A stretch of 32,000 bases of DNA from Desulfobulbus propionicus DSM 2032. GTDB taxonomy: Bacteria; Desulfobacterota; Desulfobulbia; Desulfobulbales; Desulfobulbaceae. The DNA lies in assembly GCF_000186885.1 (NCBI RefSeq), contig NC_014972.1, forward strand, positions 1,710,001 through 1,742,000, given 5' to 3'. The position numbers and the translations under genes are program-made. Of the stretch, positions 10,474 through 19,174 are shown piece by piece (positions within the stretch are counted from its first letter, which is position 1; each line of letters begins with the position of its first letter). The notes beneath the pieces were generated by a model. It ran no database searches. It worked only from the letters and a program-made list of their open reading frames with translations, and was not told the DNA's origin.

Positions 10474-11946
10474 ATGTATGTACCACATTGCAAATACGAT
10501 ATTTTTATCAGTTACGCCCACGTTGACGACCTCCCCTTTCCCGGCTCATCCGCCGGCCATGCAAGAGGGTGGGTGACCACCTTTGTCGGTTGCCTCAAGA
10601 CCAGGCTCGCGCAAAAATTGGGCCGCAGCGATGCCTATTCCTTGTGGATGGATCATGAAATGGAAAGCTGGCCTTACATTTCGCAACAGTTGCTCAGCAA
10701 TATTCGTGATTCAGCCAGCTTGGTGGTCGTCCTCTCGCCCGGCTATGTGGCTTCACCGTGGTGCCAGCGGGAGCGCAACGCCTTTTTGGCTCTCCTGGAG
10801 GAACATGTGGCCCGTCCGGTGTTCCTTGTCGAACGGGAACGAGTGGAGGACGAGTTTCCCGCGGAACTGATGGATCGCAAGATTTTCCGCTTTTGGGTTC
10901 AGGAGCGCGAGGGCAAGGCACCGCGCATTCTGGGCGTTCCCTGCCCTGATCCGGCTGATCACGAATATTACAACCAGATCGATGACCTGTGTCAGGACAT
11001 CGCGACCAATCTGAAACGTCTCAGGGGTGCCGGTGGGGCGGTCACCGCTCTTGCCGCATCCTCTCCATCCAGCCTCGCGCCGGCCATGGCTCCCAGAGGA
11101 AGGGTATATCTCGCCCAGGTCACCGACGACCTTGATCTCCAGCGCAACAGTGTCAAGCGGTATCTGGAACAGGCCGGGGTGGAGGTGCTGCCGGCCACCT
11201 GGTATTCCCAGGATCCCAAGATCTTTCGCGCTCACGCCGAACAAGATCTTGAACGTTGCGACCTGTTCGTGCAACTGATCAGCGAGACAGCGGGCAAGAG
11301 ACCGGAAGACCTGCCCCAGGGGTATCCGCAGTTTCAGTTGGAGCTGGCCCTGGCAACCGATAAGCCCATTCTCCAGTGGCGAAACCCGACATTGGATTGT
11401 GCAGCCATCGAGGATAAGGCGCACCAGGCGTTTCTAACGGCAACAACGGTACGCTCCGAGGGGCTGGAAGATTTCAAAGGCGAGATCCTCAGGCGGCTGG
11501 TTACTCCGCCTGTGACTCACGGGTTGAAGAAGAGCGTCTATGTATTCGTGGACATGGAATCGGCGGATCGCCCTTTTGCCGAGCAGATCTGCGATATCCT
11601 CGATCGGTACGGCGCGGAATACGTACTGCCGGTGCAGAGCGACAATCCAACGGAAAACCGGCACGACCTGGAGCAGAATCTGGTCGAATGCGACGCGCTC
11701 ATCGTGATCTATGGCAGCGCGACCAAAACCTGGGTGCGCGGCCAATTGCAGGAAGCCCGCAAATCGGTCGCCTTGCGGAAAACGCCGCTGCGCGCCCTGG
11801 CCGTGTTTGAAGGGCCGCCCGAGGAAAAGGCGCCGCTGGACATGAAAATCCAGGGAATGCAGGTGCTCGATCATCGCAAGGGCATCAACGAACACCAGGT
11901 GCGGCAATTTCTTGACAGCCTGGTGGTGGCGGAGGCCGGCTCATGA
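10474..11946 (+). CDS. TIR-domain protein with one clear TIR and two further TIR-like Rossmann domains
   Basis: ORF 10156..11946; more plausible start at 10474 (MYVPHCKYDIFISYAHVDD...). Domain 1: YDIFISYAHVDD...IRDSASLVVVLSPGYVASPWCQRERNAFLAL. Domain 2: GRVYLAQVTDDLDLQRNSVKRYLEQAGVEVLPA...EQDLERCDLFVQLISE. Domain 3: KSVYVFVDMESADRPFAEQICDILDRYGAEYVLPVQ...LEQNLVECDALIVIYGSATKTWVRGQLQEARK. Confidence 0.85.
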   Translation: MYVPHCKYDIFISYAHVDDLPFPGSSAGHARGWVTTFVGCLKTRLAQKLGRSDAYSLWMDHEMESWPYISQQLLSNIRDSASLVVVLSPGYVASPWCQRERNAFLALLEEHVARPVFLVERERVEDEFPAELMDRKIFRFWVQEREGKAPRILGVPCPDPADHEYYNQIDDLCQDIATNLKRLRGAGGAVTALAASSPSSLAPAMAPRGRVYLAQVTDDLDLQRNSVKRYLEQAGVEVLPATWYSQDPKIFRAHAEQDLERCDLFVQLISETAGKRPEDLPQGYPQFQLELALATDKPILQWRNPTLDCAAIEDKAHQAFLTATTVRSEGLEDFKGEILRRLVTPPVTHGLKKSVYVFVDMESADRPFAEQICDILDRYGAEYVLPVQSDNPTENRHDLEQNLVECDALIVIYGSATKTWVRGQLQEARKSVALRKTPLRALAVFEGPPEEKAPLDMKIQGMQVLDHRKGINEHQVRQFLDSLVVAEAGS

Positions 11947-14900
11947 GCACACGTCAACCGTACCCCGGCTTGCGCCCCTTTGACCGCGACGAGGCCGACA
12001 TCTTTTTTGGCCGGGAAGAACAGACCGACGATCTGCTCAGCCGCCTCAACGCCAGCCGTTTTCTCGCCATTGTCGGCACGTCCGGATGCGGCAAGTCGTC
12101 CCTGGTCCGCGCCGGCATGATTCCCGCCCTGGAGACCGGTTTCATGGCCGCCGCTGGCTCACGCTGGCAGTTCGTGCAGATGCGGCCGGGCAGCCACCCG
12201 ATCTGCAGATTGGCCACCGCCCTGGTCGACGAGGCGGAGCTGTTGCACGAGGGAGAGGAGCGATCGCAGGCCTTGGGATTCCTCAACGCGGCTCTGCGGC
12301 GGGGGCCAATGGGCCTGATTGACGCCTTGCGCCACACCCCGTTGCCGCCCCACACCAACCTGTTGATCCTGGTCGATCAGTTCGAGGAAATTTTTCGCTT
12401 CCGCCGGGAGGGAGACCGGGACGAGGCCGATGCCTTCGTGGCGCTGCTGCTGGCCAGCGCGCAACAACGCGATCTGCCGGTGTATGTCGTTTTGACCATG
12501 CGCTCCGATTTCATCGGCAGCTGCGCCCTGTTCAACGGTCTGCCCGAAGCGCTCAATCAGAGCCAATACTTGACTCCCCGCTTGAGCCGTGAACAACAAC
12601 ACATGGCCATTGTTGGCCCGGCACGCGTGTTCGGCGGCGAGGTGGAACCGGAACTGGTCAACGCGCTGCTCAACGCGATGGGCACGGACCCGGATCAACT
12701 GCCGCTGCTCCAGCATTTGCTGATGCGGTTGTGGCATGTTGCCGGATCGGTGCCACCGTCGTCTCCCGGTACGCCTTATCCAGGGGATGGTTCGTCGACA
12801 CGGCTGTTGACCATGGACGACTATGAAGCGGTCGGCGGTTTGCAGCAGGCCCTCTCCAACCATCTCAACGAGGCGTATGGGGAGCTGGACGGCAACCAGC
12901 GGCAGGCGGCCGAGATTCTGTTTCGTCGCCTGTCCGAACGAGGAACGGAACAGCGCGACATCCGCCGGCCCACGGTGTGCGTGGAGATAGAAGAGCTGAT
13001 CGGTATCCGCCATGACCAACTGGTTGCCGTGGTGGAGATCTTCCGCGCCCCTGATCGCAGTTTCCTTACCCCGCGGCAGCCAGAAGAGATTTTTCCCAAT
13101 ACCGTGCTGGATATCGCCCATGAATGCCTGATCCGCCAGTGGGACCGGTTGCGCGGCTGGGCAAGGGAGGAAGCGCGGTCGGCGGAAACCTACCGTCTTC
13201 TCGAACGGGCGGCGCAGCGCAAGGAAGAAGGCGAGGGCGGGTTTTATCGTCCCCCTGAATTGGAGGCAGCCCTGGCCTGGAGGGAACGGGAACAGCCTTC
13301 TCCGGTCTGGGCTCGGCGCTACGGCGGCGATTTTGCGCAGGCCATGCGGTTTTTAGCTGAAAGCGAGCAGGTCCACCGGTCCGAAGAAGCCCGGGCGGAA
13401 GAACGCCGGCGCAAGGAACTGCGCCGAAACCGCGTGCTCGCATGGGCCGGGGGGATGGCCACCGTCCTGCTGCTTGCCTTCATCGGCTTTTCGTCGTTGA
13501 ATTGGGTGGTTCCTCACCGCATCTACTGCAAGGACTTCACCAAACAATGGGGGAAGATCGTCCCCATCGGCCGCTTGCCTTCCTCGGCGGTCAGCCATCG
13601 ATCATGGACCATTCGCCTGACCAGCAAGGGCTGGAGCGGTGACATCCGAACCATGGAAGTGATCGATGCCCGCCATCAGCTCACTCCCAACCATTTCATC
13701 GGCACCTATTTGACCGACGCAAGACTGGTCACAACCCGGCAGGAAAAAGAATCGCGCTATGAATTGGCCTTTGACCGCGCCGGCCGGGTGGTTTCCGAGA
13801 CTGCCTTCGATCGGTTTGGCCGGATGGTCTGGGGCGCGGTGCACGCTCCGTATACCGAAGCGGAAGGGGTCCGGCCAACATCGACCCGGGCCACCTACCT
13901 GGGGCCGGATGGTCATCCTCAGCCGCAGGGTCGAAGTCGGGCCGAGTTTGTTGCAATTCGCTACGACACGAATGGCTTTGAGGAGGAATTGCGCTACACG
14001 GACCGGCAAGGCCGACCCATGCCGGGCCCAGACAACGCATTCGGCCAACAACGAATCTACGACAGCCGGGGACGGGAAATCCGCCGAACCTCGCTCAATG
14101 AGCGCGGACAGCCGATGGTCGACAAGGTGGGCAATGCAGTGGCTGAAGTTGACTATGACCCTGAAGACAATATTGTTGCGTCACGATTCCTCGACACCGC
14201 CAATCAGCCGACCCTGGTCAATGCCGACTATGCCAGCACCCGACTGGCTTATGACCGGTGGGGGCGGATGACCGAGCAGCGATTCTTTGGCTTGCGTGGC
14301 GAACCCGTCGTGGAGACGGGGCAGACCGGCGCCCACTGGATTGTCTGGCAATACGACGACCGGGGCAACGTCACCCATATCCGTCTGTACGATGCAGCCG
14401 ATGCGCCCATGGTCGGCGGCAAGGGGTATTTTGATTTTCCCGCCTTTGAGCAGCGTGCGTCCTTCACCGAACACAATCGTTTGAAAACGGTTGCCTACTT
14501 CGATCAAGGCAACGCTCCACTGACCGGCCCCGAAGGCTGGCATGGCTACCGGATCGAGTATGATCAGCGCGGCTTTGTCGCCCAAATCAGCTATTTCGAT
14601 CAAAACCTCAAGCCGGTCAACCTGCGCTCGTTCGGCTGGTCGCATTGGGCACGGGTGAACAATGCTTTTGGCCAGCCTCTTGAAGAACGGTTTTTCGACC
14701 AGGACAACCAGCCGGTGACCACGCTTGACGGCGGCTATCACCTGCGCAGGAACGCATACGATCCGGCTGGCAACTGTATTGCGCAAACTCATTTCGACGT
14801 GGACGATCAACCCGTGGCCGACAAAACCAACGGAGCTCACCGAGTGGCAACCGAGTTTGACCGTTTTCGCAATCCGGTCATGGTCGAGTATTTTGCTGCT

Positions 14901-16085
14901 GGGGACATGCGGATCAATACGAACCAGGGGGTGCATCGGCAGCAATCGACCTACGATGACTACGGCGGGCTGACGGACAGCAGTTGGTACGACAAGGACA
15001 ACCGCCCTGCCAATGGACCAGACGGCGTGCATCATGTTGCCTATGCCTACGATCAGCGGGGGATGATAACCCGCATGGAACGATACGATGCCAAGGGGCA
15101 GCCGGCTGTCGGCAAGGATGGCATGCATAAGGTGGTGTACGACCATAACGACAAAGGCCAGGAAATCAAATGGCAGGCGTTTGCTCTGGACGACAAACCG
15201 GCGGAAGACTCCGAGGGCAACCATCTGGCGATCAACGAGTTTGACCCGTGCGGCCGCGAGATCCGCAGTACCCGGTTGCGGGCGGATAACAGCCCCAACT
15301 GGGACCGCCAGTTGGGAATCGCCACCCGAAAACAGGTGTGGGACCGAGAAAACCGCTGGATCGAGCAGGCCTATTACGATGCCGAGGAACATTTGGTCAT
15401 GGGGCCGTTCGGGGCCGCCAGACAAATTGCTGTCTATCAGGCCGATGGCCGCGAGGAAATTCACCGCCATTTTGGAGCGAACGGCCAACTCGTCTACAAC
15501 CCGTTGGTCGGATATGCCGAGTTGCGCCTTCGTCGGGGCGATAACCACACCCTGTTGAGCGTGACCTTTTGGGGGTCAGATGGTTCCCCGATCAATGGTC
15601 CCCATGGCTATCATCGCGCCCAACAAGCGGAGGGATCATCGGAGGACAAGCGTTATTTCGATGCCCAGAACCATGAATGGCCCGCGCTGAGTCCGGAGGC
15701 CGCTGTTCCCATCATCTACATTACCGAGATCACCGACATCAAACAGCCCGCCGCCAAAGCCGGTCTGCACGCCGGCGACGTGTTGTGGCAATACGGCGAT
15801 TGGTCGTTTGCCGGTGCCCTGGAGGCAGAACGTGCTCAGGGGAACACGACCGACCCGGTCTTGCAGGTATGGCAAGCTTTTTGGGACGAAGTCGCATACT
15901 GGTTCTGGAGAGAGGACCCAGAGGGGTCGGTGACCGTGCCGGTGATCGTGATTCGCGATGGGCAACCCGAGCGCTTGACTCTTTCGCCGCTTCCGCAAGA
16001 TTTCGACCGTACCGGGCTGCGTTGCGATCAGCGGATGGTACCGAGTGCCTTGTTCGAGGCATGGAAAGCCGCAGCGGCAAAGTAA
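11943..16085 (+). CDS. nSTAND1-type P-loop NTPase with TM helix, YD/RHS-like extracytoplasmic repeats and C-terminal PDZ-like domain
   Basis: 1380 aa; PYPGLRPFDRDEADIFFGREEQTDDLLSRL, Walker A GTSGCGKSSLVRAG, Walker B-like LLILVDQFEEIF, MSTAND tail (AHECLIRQWDRLRGW); TM VLAWAGGMATVLLLAFIGFSSLNWV; about a dozen YDxxG...FxDxxGxP repeats; C-terminal AAKAGLHAGDVLWQYGDWSF...VTVPVIVIRDGQPERLTLSP. ATGA overlap with the upstream TIR gene. Confidence 0.88.
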   Translation: MSTRQPYPGLRPFDRDEADIFFGREEQTDDLLSRLNASRFLAIVGTSGCGKSSLVRAGMIPALETGFMAAAGSRWQFVQMRPGSHPICRLATALVDEAELLHEGEERSQALGFLNAALRRGPMGLIDALRHTPLPPHTNLLILVDQFEEIFRFRREGDRDEADAFVALLLASAQQRDLPVYVVLTMRSDFIGSCALFNGLPEALNQSQYLTPRLSREQQHMAIVGPARVFGGEVEPELVNALLNAMGTDPDQLPLLQHLLMRLWHVAGSVPPSSPGTPYPGDGSSTRLLTMDDYEAVGGLQQALSNHLNEAYGELDGNQRQAAEILFRRLSERGTEQRDIRRPTVCVEIEELIGIRHDQLVAVVEIFRAPDRSFLTPRQPEEIFPNTVLDIAHECLIRQWDRLRGWAREEARSAETYRLLERAAQRKEEGEGGFYRPPELEAALAWREREQPSPVWARRYGGDFAQAMRFLAESEQVHRSEEARAEERRRKELRRNRVLAWAGGMATVLLLAFIGFSSLNWVVPHRIYCKDFTKQWGKIVPIGRLPSSAVSHRSWTIRLTSKGWSGDIRTMEVIDARHQLTPNHFIGTYLTDARLVTTRQEKESRYELAFDRAGRVVSETAFDRFGRMVWGAVHAPYTEAEGVRPTSTRATYLGPDGHPQPQGRSRAEFVAIRYDTNGFEEELRYTDRQGRPMPGPDNAFGQQRIYDSRGREIRRTSLNERGQPMVDKVGNAVAEVDYDPEDNIVASRFLDTANQPTLVNADYASTRLAYDRWGRMTEQRFFGLRGEPVVETGQTGAHWIVWQYDDRGNVTHIRLYDAADAPMVGGKGYFDFPAFEQRASFTEHNRLKTVAYFDQGNAPLTGPEGWHGYRIEYDQRGFVAQISYFDQNLKPVNLRSFGWSHWARVNNAFGQPLEERFFDQDNQPVTTLDGGYHLRRNAYDPAGNCIAQTHFDVDDQPVADKTNGAHRVATEFDRFRNPVMVEYFAAGDMRINTNQGVHRQQSTYDDYGGLTDSSWYDKDNRPANGPDGVHHVAYAYDQRGMITRMERYDAKGQPAVGKDGMHKVVYDHNDKGQEIKWQAFALDDKPAEDSEGNHLAINEFDPCGREIRSTRLRADNSPNWDRQLGIATRKQVWDRENRWIEQAYYDAEEHLVMGPFGAARQIAVYQADGREEIHRHFGANGQLVYNPLVGYAELRLRRGDNHTLLSVTFWGSDGSPINGPHGYHRAQQAEGSSEDKRYFDAQNHEWPALSPEAAVPIIYITEITDIKQPAAKAGLHAGDVLWQYGDWSFAGALEAERAQGNTTDPVLQVWQAFWDEVAYWFWREDPEGSVTVPVIVIRDGQPERLTLSPLPQDFDRTGLRCDQRMVPSALFEAWKAAAAK
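13780..15635 (+). repeat. Degenerate about 40-aa coding repeats (YD/RHS-like) inside the STAND protein
   Basis: Recurring pattern e.g. AYDQRGMITRMERYDAKGQPAVGKDGMHKVVYDHNDKGQEIKWQAFALDDKPAEDSEGNHLAINEFDPCGREIR. Confidence 0.75.
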
Positions 16086-16342
16086 CCGGCTCGCCCTCGC
16101 CTTGACGGGGAAAAGCACTGCTCTTTCCCTCTCCCTCGCCGTGCTTGAGCCGCTGGTCATCCGTGGCCGATCCGCCGCCAGTGTCTGGCCGGCGATCGGT
16201 CGTCCCTCAAGCCAGTCAGGGTTTCCGCTGCTGGATCATTGACGCTTGCTGCCCGCTTTTGTTAGTATTGCGTTAGCAACCCGTTTTCATCCTTGATCAT
16301 TTTCCGCCTTGCATCGCCGCGTTTCCGCTGGAGTTCCCGTTT

Positions 16343-18460
16343 GTGAAAAATATTATCGCCTCCTTCTTTCTGCTCATCGCCTGTTTTTTGCCCGCGGTCT
16401 GGCGGCTGGTCTACCAGGGATTGGGGGAACCCATTGGCCTGCTGTCCGACCTCGGCTGTGGCCTGGGCATTCTGCTGCTCTCCCTGTTCAGCCCCCATTG
16501 GGTCCGCATCCCGGTGCTGATTCTCTGGGTATTGGCCCAGGCAGCGGCCCGCGAGCTGATCCTCACCATGCAGCGGCTGCCCAATTGGCAGGATTTGCAA
16601 TACCTGGCCGATCCCGAGTTCATCGCCAACAGCACCTCCGGATTCAATCTATCGTCCCCCTATCTGATCGGTGTGTTCATCCTCTCCACGCTGCTGGCCT
16701 GCTGCTTTCCAACCAGACGGCCAGGACGGCAATGGCTGCTGCGGGGCAGCGCGGTGTGTGTGGCCCTGCTGCTCGCCCATACCGTGGTGAACAGCCGGTT
16801 CGACAAGCAGAGCGTCATTGCCCGCTACAATCCCATGCACTGGTTCGCCGTCGACAGTCTGACCTCGGCGCTGCAGCGGCAATCCCTGCCCGATGCGGCC
16901 AGTCTGCCCACGGGCCTCAACGAGCTGGAGCTCGACGCCCCCTCCCTGCTCGCCAAGAAGGGCAGGGCCAAGAATGTGCTCATCGTCATTCTCGAAGGCA
17001 TTCCAGGCATGTACCATCCGGAAATCGGCAAGACGATGAACATGGCTTCCACGGACATCGAGATGCACCGTCTGGCCGCGGCCACCAGCGAGGCCATGCT
17101 GATTCCCGATTTCACCGCCCACAGCCACCAGACCATCCGCGGCCTCTACTCGATCCTGTGCGGCGATTTCAGCAAGCTGTCCTGGGACACGCCCAAGGCC
17201 TTTGAACTCCAGTCCAACCCGGCCCGCGCCCAGGACTGCCTGCCTTCCCTGATGAGTCAGTTCGGCTGGTCCACCCATTTTCTCCAGGCCGCTGGCCTTG
17301 GTTTCATGGGCAAGGACCGGATCATGCCGCGAATGGGCTTTCAGCAGGTGCACGGCACCGAGTGGTTCACCGAGCCCAATCCCTACCCGTTTGAATGGGG
17401 GGTGGTGGACAAGGTCTTCTTTCAGGGCGCGGCCAAGTATATTGCCCAGCTGCGCGCCAAGAAGCACCCCTGGATGCTGACCTTGCTGACCGTGGGCACC
17501 CATCAGCCCTATGCCGTGCCGGACGATGTCGCCAGCCATTTTGGTTCGCGGAAAGATGCCACCGTGGATCTGCTCGACCAGGCGGTGGCCGAGTTTATCG
17601 AGCAACTGCGCCGGGATGGCGTGCTCAAGGATACCCTGGTGATCATCACCTCGGATGAATCCCACGGCTCGCCCTTGGCTGATTGGGTGAGCAGCTGGGG
17701 ACTCGGCATGGTGTTGGCGCCGGAACAAAAACGGCTGCCGAGGATCAAGGAAGGCGGCTTCGGTCTGGTGGACATCACGGCCTCGGTGCTCGATTACCTG
17801 CAGGTCAAGATGCCGCCGACCCTGATCGGCCGCAGTTTTTTCCGCGTCTACGACACGCCACGGGAGATGGTCTCCTATACCACCTCGAAACGGCGCTGGC
17901 ATACCGTCGACAACCGGCGCTACGAGTGTGCCGATGACGGTCGCTGCCGCGTGGGCACGGCCCCAAGCCTGCTCGGTCCGCCGCCGGCCGAGTTTGTCGC
18001 CGACCGTGACGGCGGTCCGCGGCTGGCCGGCATTGCCCGTGTTCTGGATCAGAAGCTGCTCACCGACGAAACGACCAAGACTTTGCAGTTTGCCAACGGT
18101 GAACGGCGCAAACTGCCGGAAAAAATCACCAACGAATGGGGGGATAACCTGGTGGGGGCGCAATACCTCGATTTCCCGGCAAAATCAAAGGTGCAGGTGG
18201 CCATCCGCTATACCGCGCTCAAGGCGCCGCCCGCCGGCATCCAGCTCAAACTGCTGGTCAAGGAGTGGGAATACACCCAGCACGACATTCCCATCCCGGT
18301 CTTCCCGGTGGTGCACAAAGGCGAGGAGGGCGAGGTGGAGTTCGAGTTCGCCAATCCCAAGGCCCGCCAGTATTTTTCCTTTCACCTGCTGGGTGAAGGC
18401 AAGAATGCCGAGATTCGGATGGACGAGTTCAATGTGACCATCGACCAGGAGGAAGGATGA
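16343..18460 (+). CDS. LTA synthase-like / phosphoglycerol transferase sulfatase-family membrane protein
   Basis: 705 aa; N-terminal TM bundle, VLIVILEGIPGMYHPEIGKTMNMASTDIEMHRLA, HSHQTIRGLYSILCGD, TLLTVGTHQPYAVPDD, DTLVIITSDESHGSP. Confidence 0.85.
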   Translation: MKNIIASFFLLIACFLPAVWRLVYQGLGEPIGLLSDLGCGLGILLLSLFSPHWVRIPVLILWVLAQAAARELILTMQRLPNWQDLQYLADPEFIANSTSGFNLSSPYLIGVFILSTLLACCFPTRRPGRQWLLRGSAVCVALLLAHTVVNSRFDKQSVIARYNPMHWFAVDSLTSALQRQSLPDAASLPTGLNELELDAPSLLAKKGRAKNVLIVILEGIPGMYHPEIGKTMNMASTDIEMHRLAAATSEAMLIPDFTAHSHQTIRGLYSILCGDFSKLSWDTPKAFELQSNPARAQDCLPSLMSQFGWSTHFLQAAGLGFMGKDRIMPRMGFQQVHGTEWFTEPNPYPFEWGVVDKVFFQGAAKYIAQLRAKKHPWMLTLLTVGTHQPYAVPDDVASHFGSRKDATVDLLDQAVAEFIEQLRRDGVLKDTLVIITSDESHGSPLADWVSSWGLGMVLAPEQKRLPRIKEGGFGLVDITASVLDYLQVKMPPTLIGRSFFRVYDTPREMVSYTTSKRRWHTVDNRRYECADDGRCRVGTAPSLLGPPPAEFVADRDGGPRLAGIARVLDQKLLTDETTKTLQFANGERRKLPEKITNEWGDNLVGAQYLDFPAKSKVQVAIRYTALKAPPAGIQLKLLVKEWEYTQHDIPIPVFPVVHKGEEGEVEFEFANPKARQYFSFHLLGEGKNAEIRMDEFNVTIDQEEG

Positions 18461-18505
18461 CCCGGCTGTCTGGTTGGCCGACGGGGAGAGAGGCGCGGGC
18501 GGTGC

Positions 18506-19159
18506 TCAGAACAGGCTGAAGCGGACGTTCCAGCCGCAGGCCAGGATGGTGCCCATGACCGGGGATTTGATCTCGCGGGGGTGAAAATCGTAGTCGTGGT
18601 CGTCGAGGGTGGGGTAGTCGTCGATGCGGCGTAGGCGGGCCGACCGGGCCCGCAACAGCGGCAGGGGAATATGACGGCGGCTGACCGTGACCTGCTGTGG
18701 ACAGATGAGAAAATCGGCATGGCGTATCCGATCCACCAGAATGACCGTGCGGGTGTCGGGGTCAAAACGGCAGTGCAGCTCAAACAGGCGATCGATGCCC
18801 AAACGGCTGAGGAGTTCGCACCATTGCATTGCCGCGATGCGCCAGGTGACGATGATTTTCTTTCGTTTGGCTGTTGCCGCCACCGGACAGGCCATGGCAT
18901 TGACGGCCAACAGCCGCTCCCGCAGGGTTTCCAGGGGCAGGGGGTCGGCGGTGGCGGGAAAAAACCAGATGTTCTTCAGCAGGATGTTGGCCAGCCCAAG
19001 CAGCAGCAGAGGGAGCAGGGCAACCCACAGGGAGAGCGTCAACAGATAGGCCGGTGCGTCCAGACTGGCGCGCGCCGCCAGCAACGGCAGCAGGCTGATC
19101 GGCGCGATCAGCAGCAAGGCAAGCAGTGCCAGCAGGGTGAGCAGGCTTCGTTTCAGCAT
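18506..19159 (-). CDS. Hypothetical membrane protein with two N-terminal TM helices
   Basis: 217 aa, MLKRSLLTLLALLALLLIAPISLLPLLAARAS...YLLTLSLWVALLPLLLLGLANILLKN; no family recognised. Confidence 0.6.
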   Translation of the reverse strand: MLKRSLLTLLALLALLLIAPISLLPLLAARASLDAPAYLLTLSLWVALLPLLLLGLANILLKNIWFFPATADPLPLETLRERLLAVNAMACPVAATAKRKKIIVTWRIAAMQWCELLSRLGIDRLFELHCRFDPDTRTVILVDRIRHADFLICPQQVTVSRRHIPLPLLRARSARLRRIDDYPTLDDHDYDFHPREIKSPVMGTILACGWNVRFSLF

Positions 19160-19174
19160 CGCAGGCCGCCGGTC

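Noticed and set aside
14181-15548. 455-aa minus-strand ORF
   Set aside because: Fully antisense to the STAND protein repeats; no recognisable domain, shadow of the codon bias.
13780-15635. Rhs polymorphic toxin
   Set aside because: The YD-like repeats lack the RHS core end motif (DPxGL-type) and a variable toxin tip; the repeats follow an NTPase and TM helix and end in a PDZ-like domain.
16649-18163. 504-aa minus-strand ORF
   Set aside because: Antisense to the LTA-synthase-like gene, no protein-like pattern.
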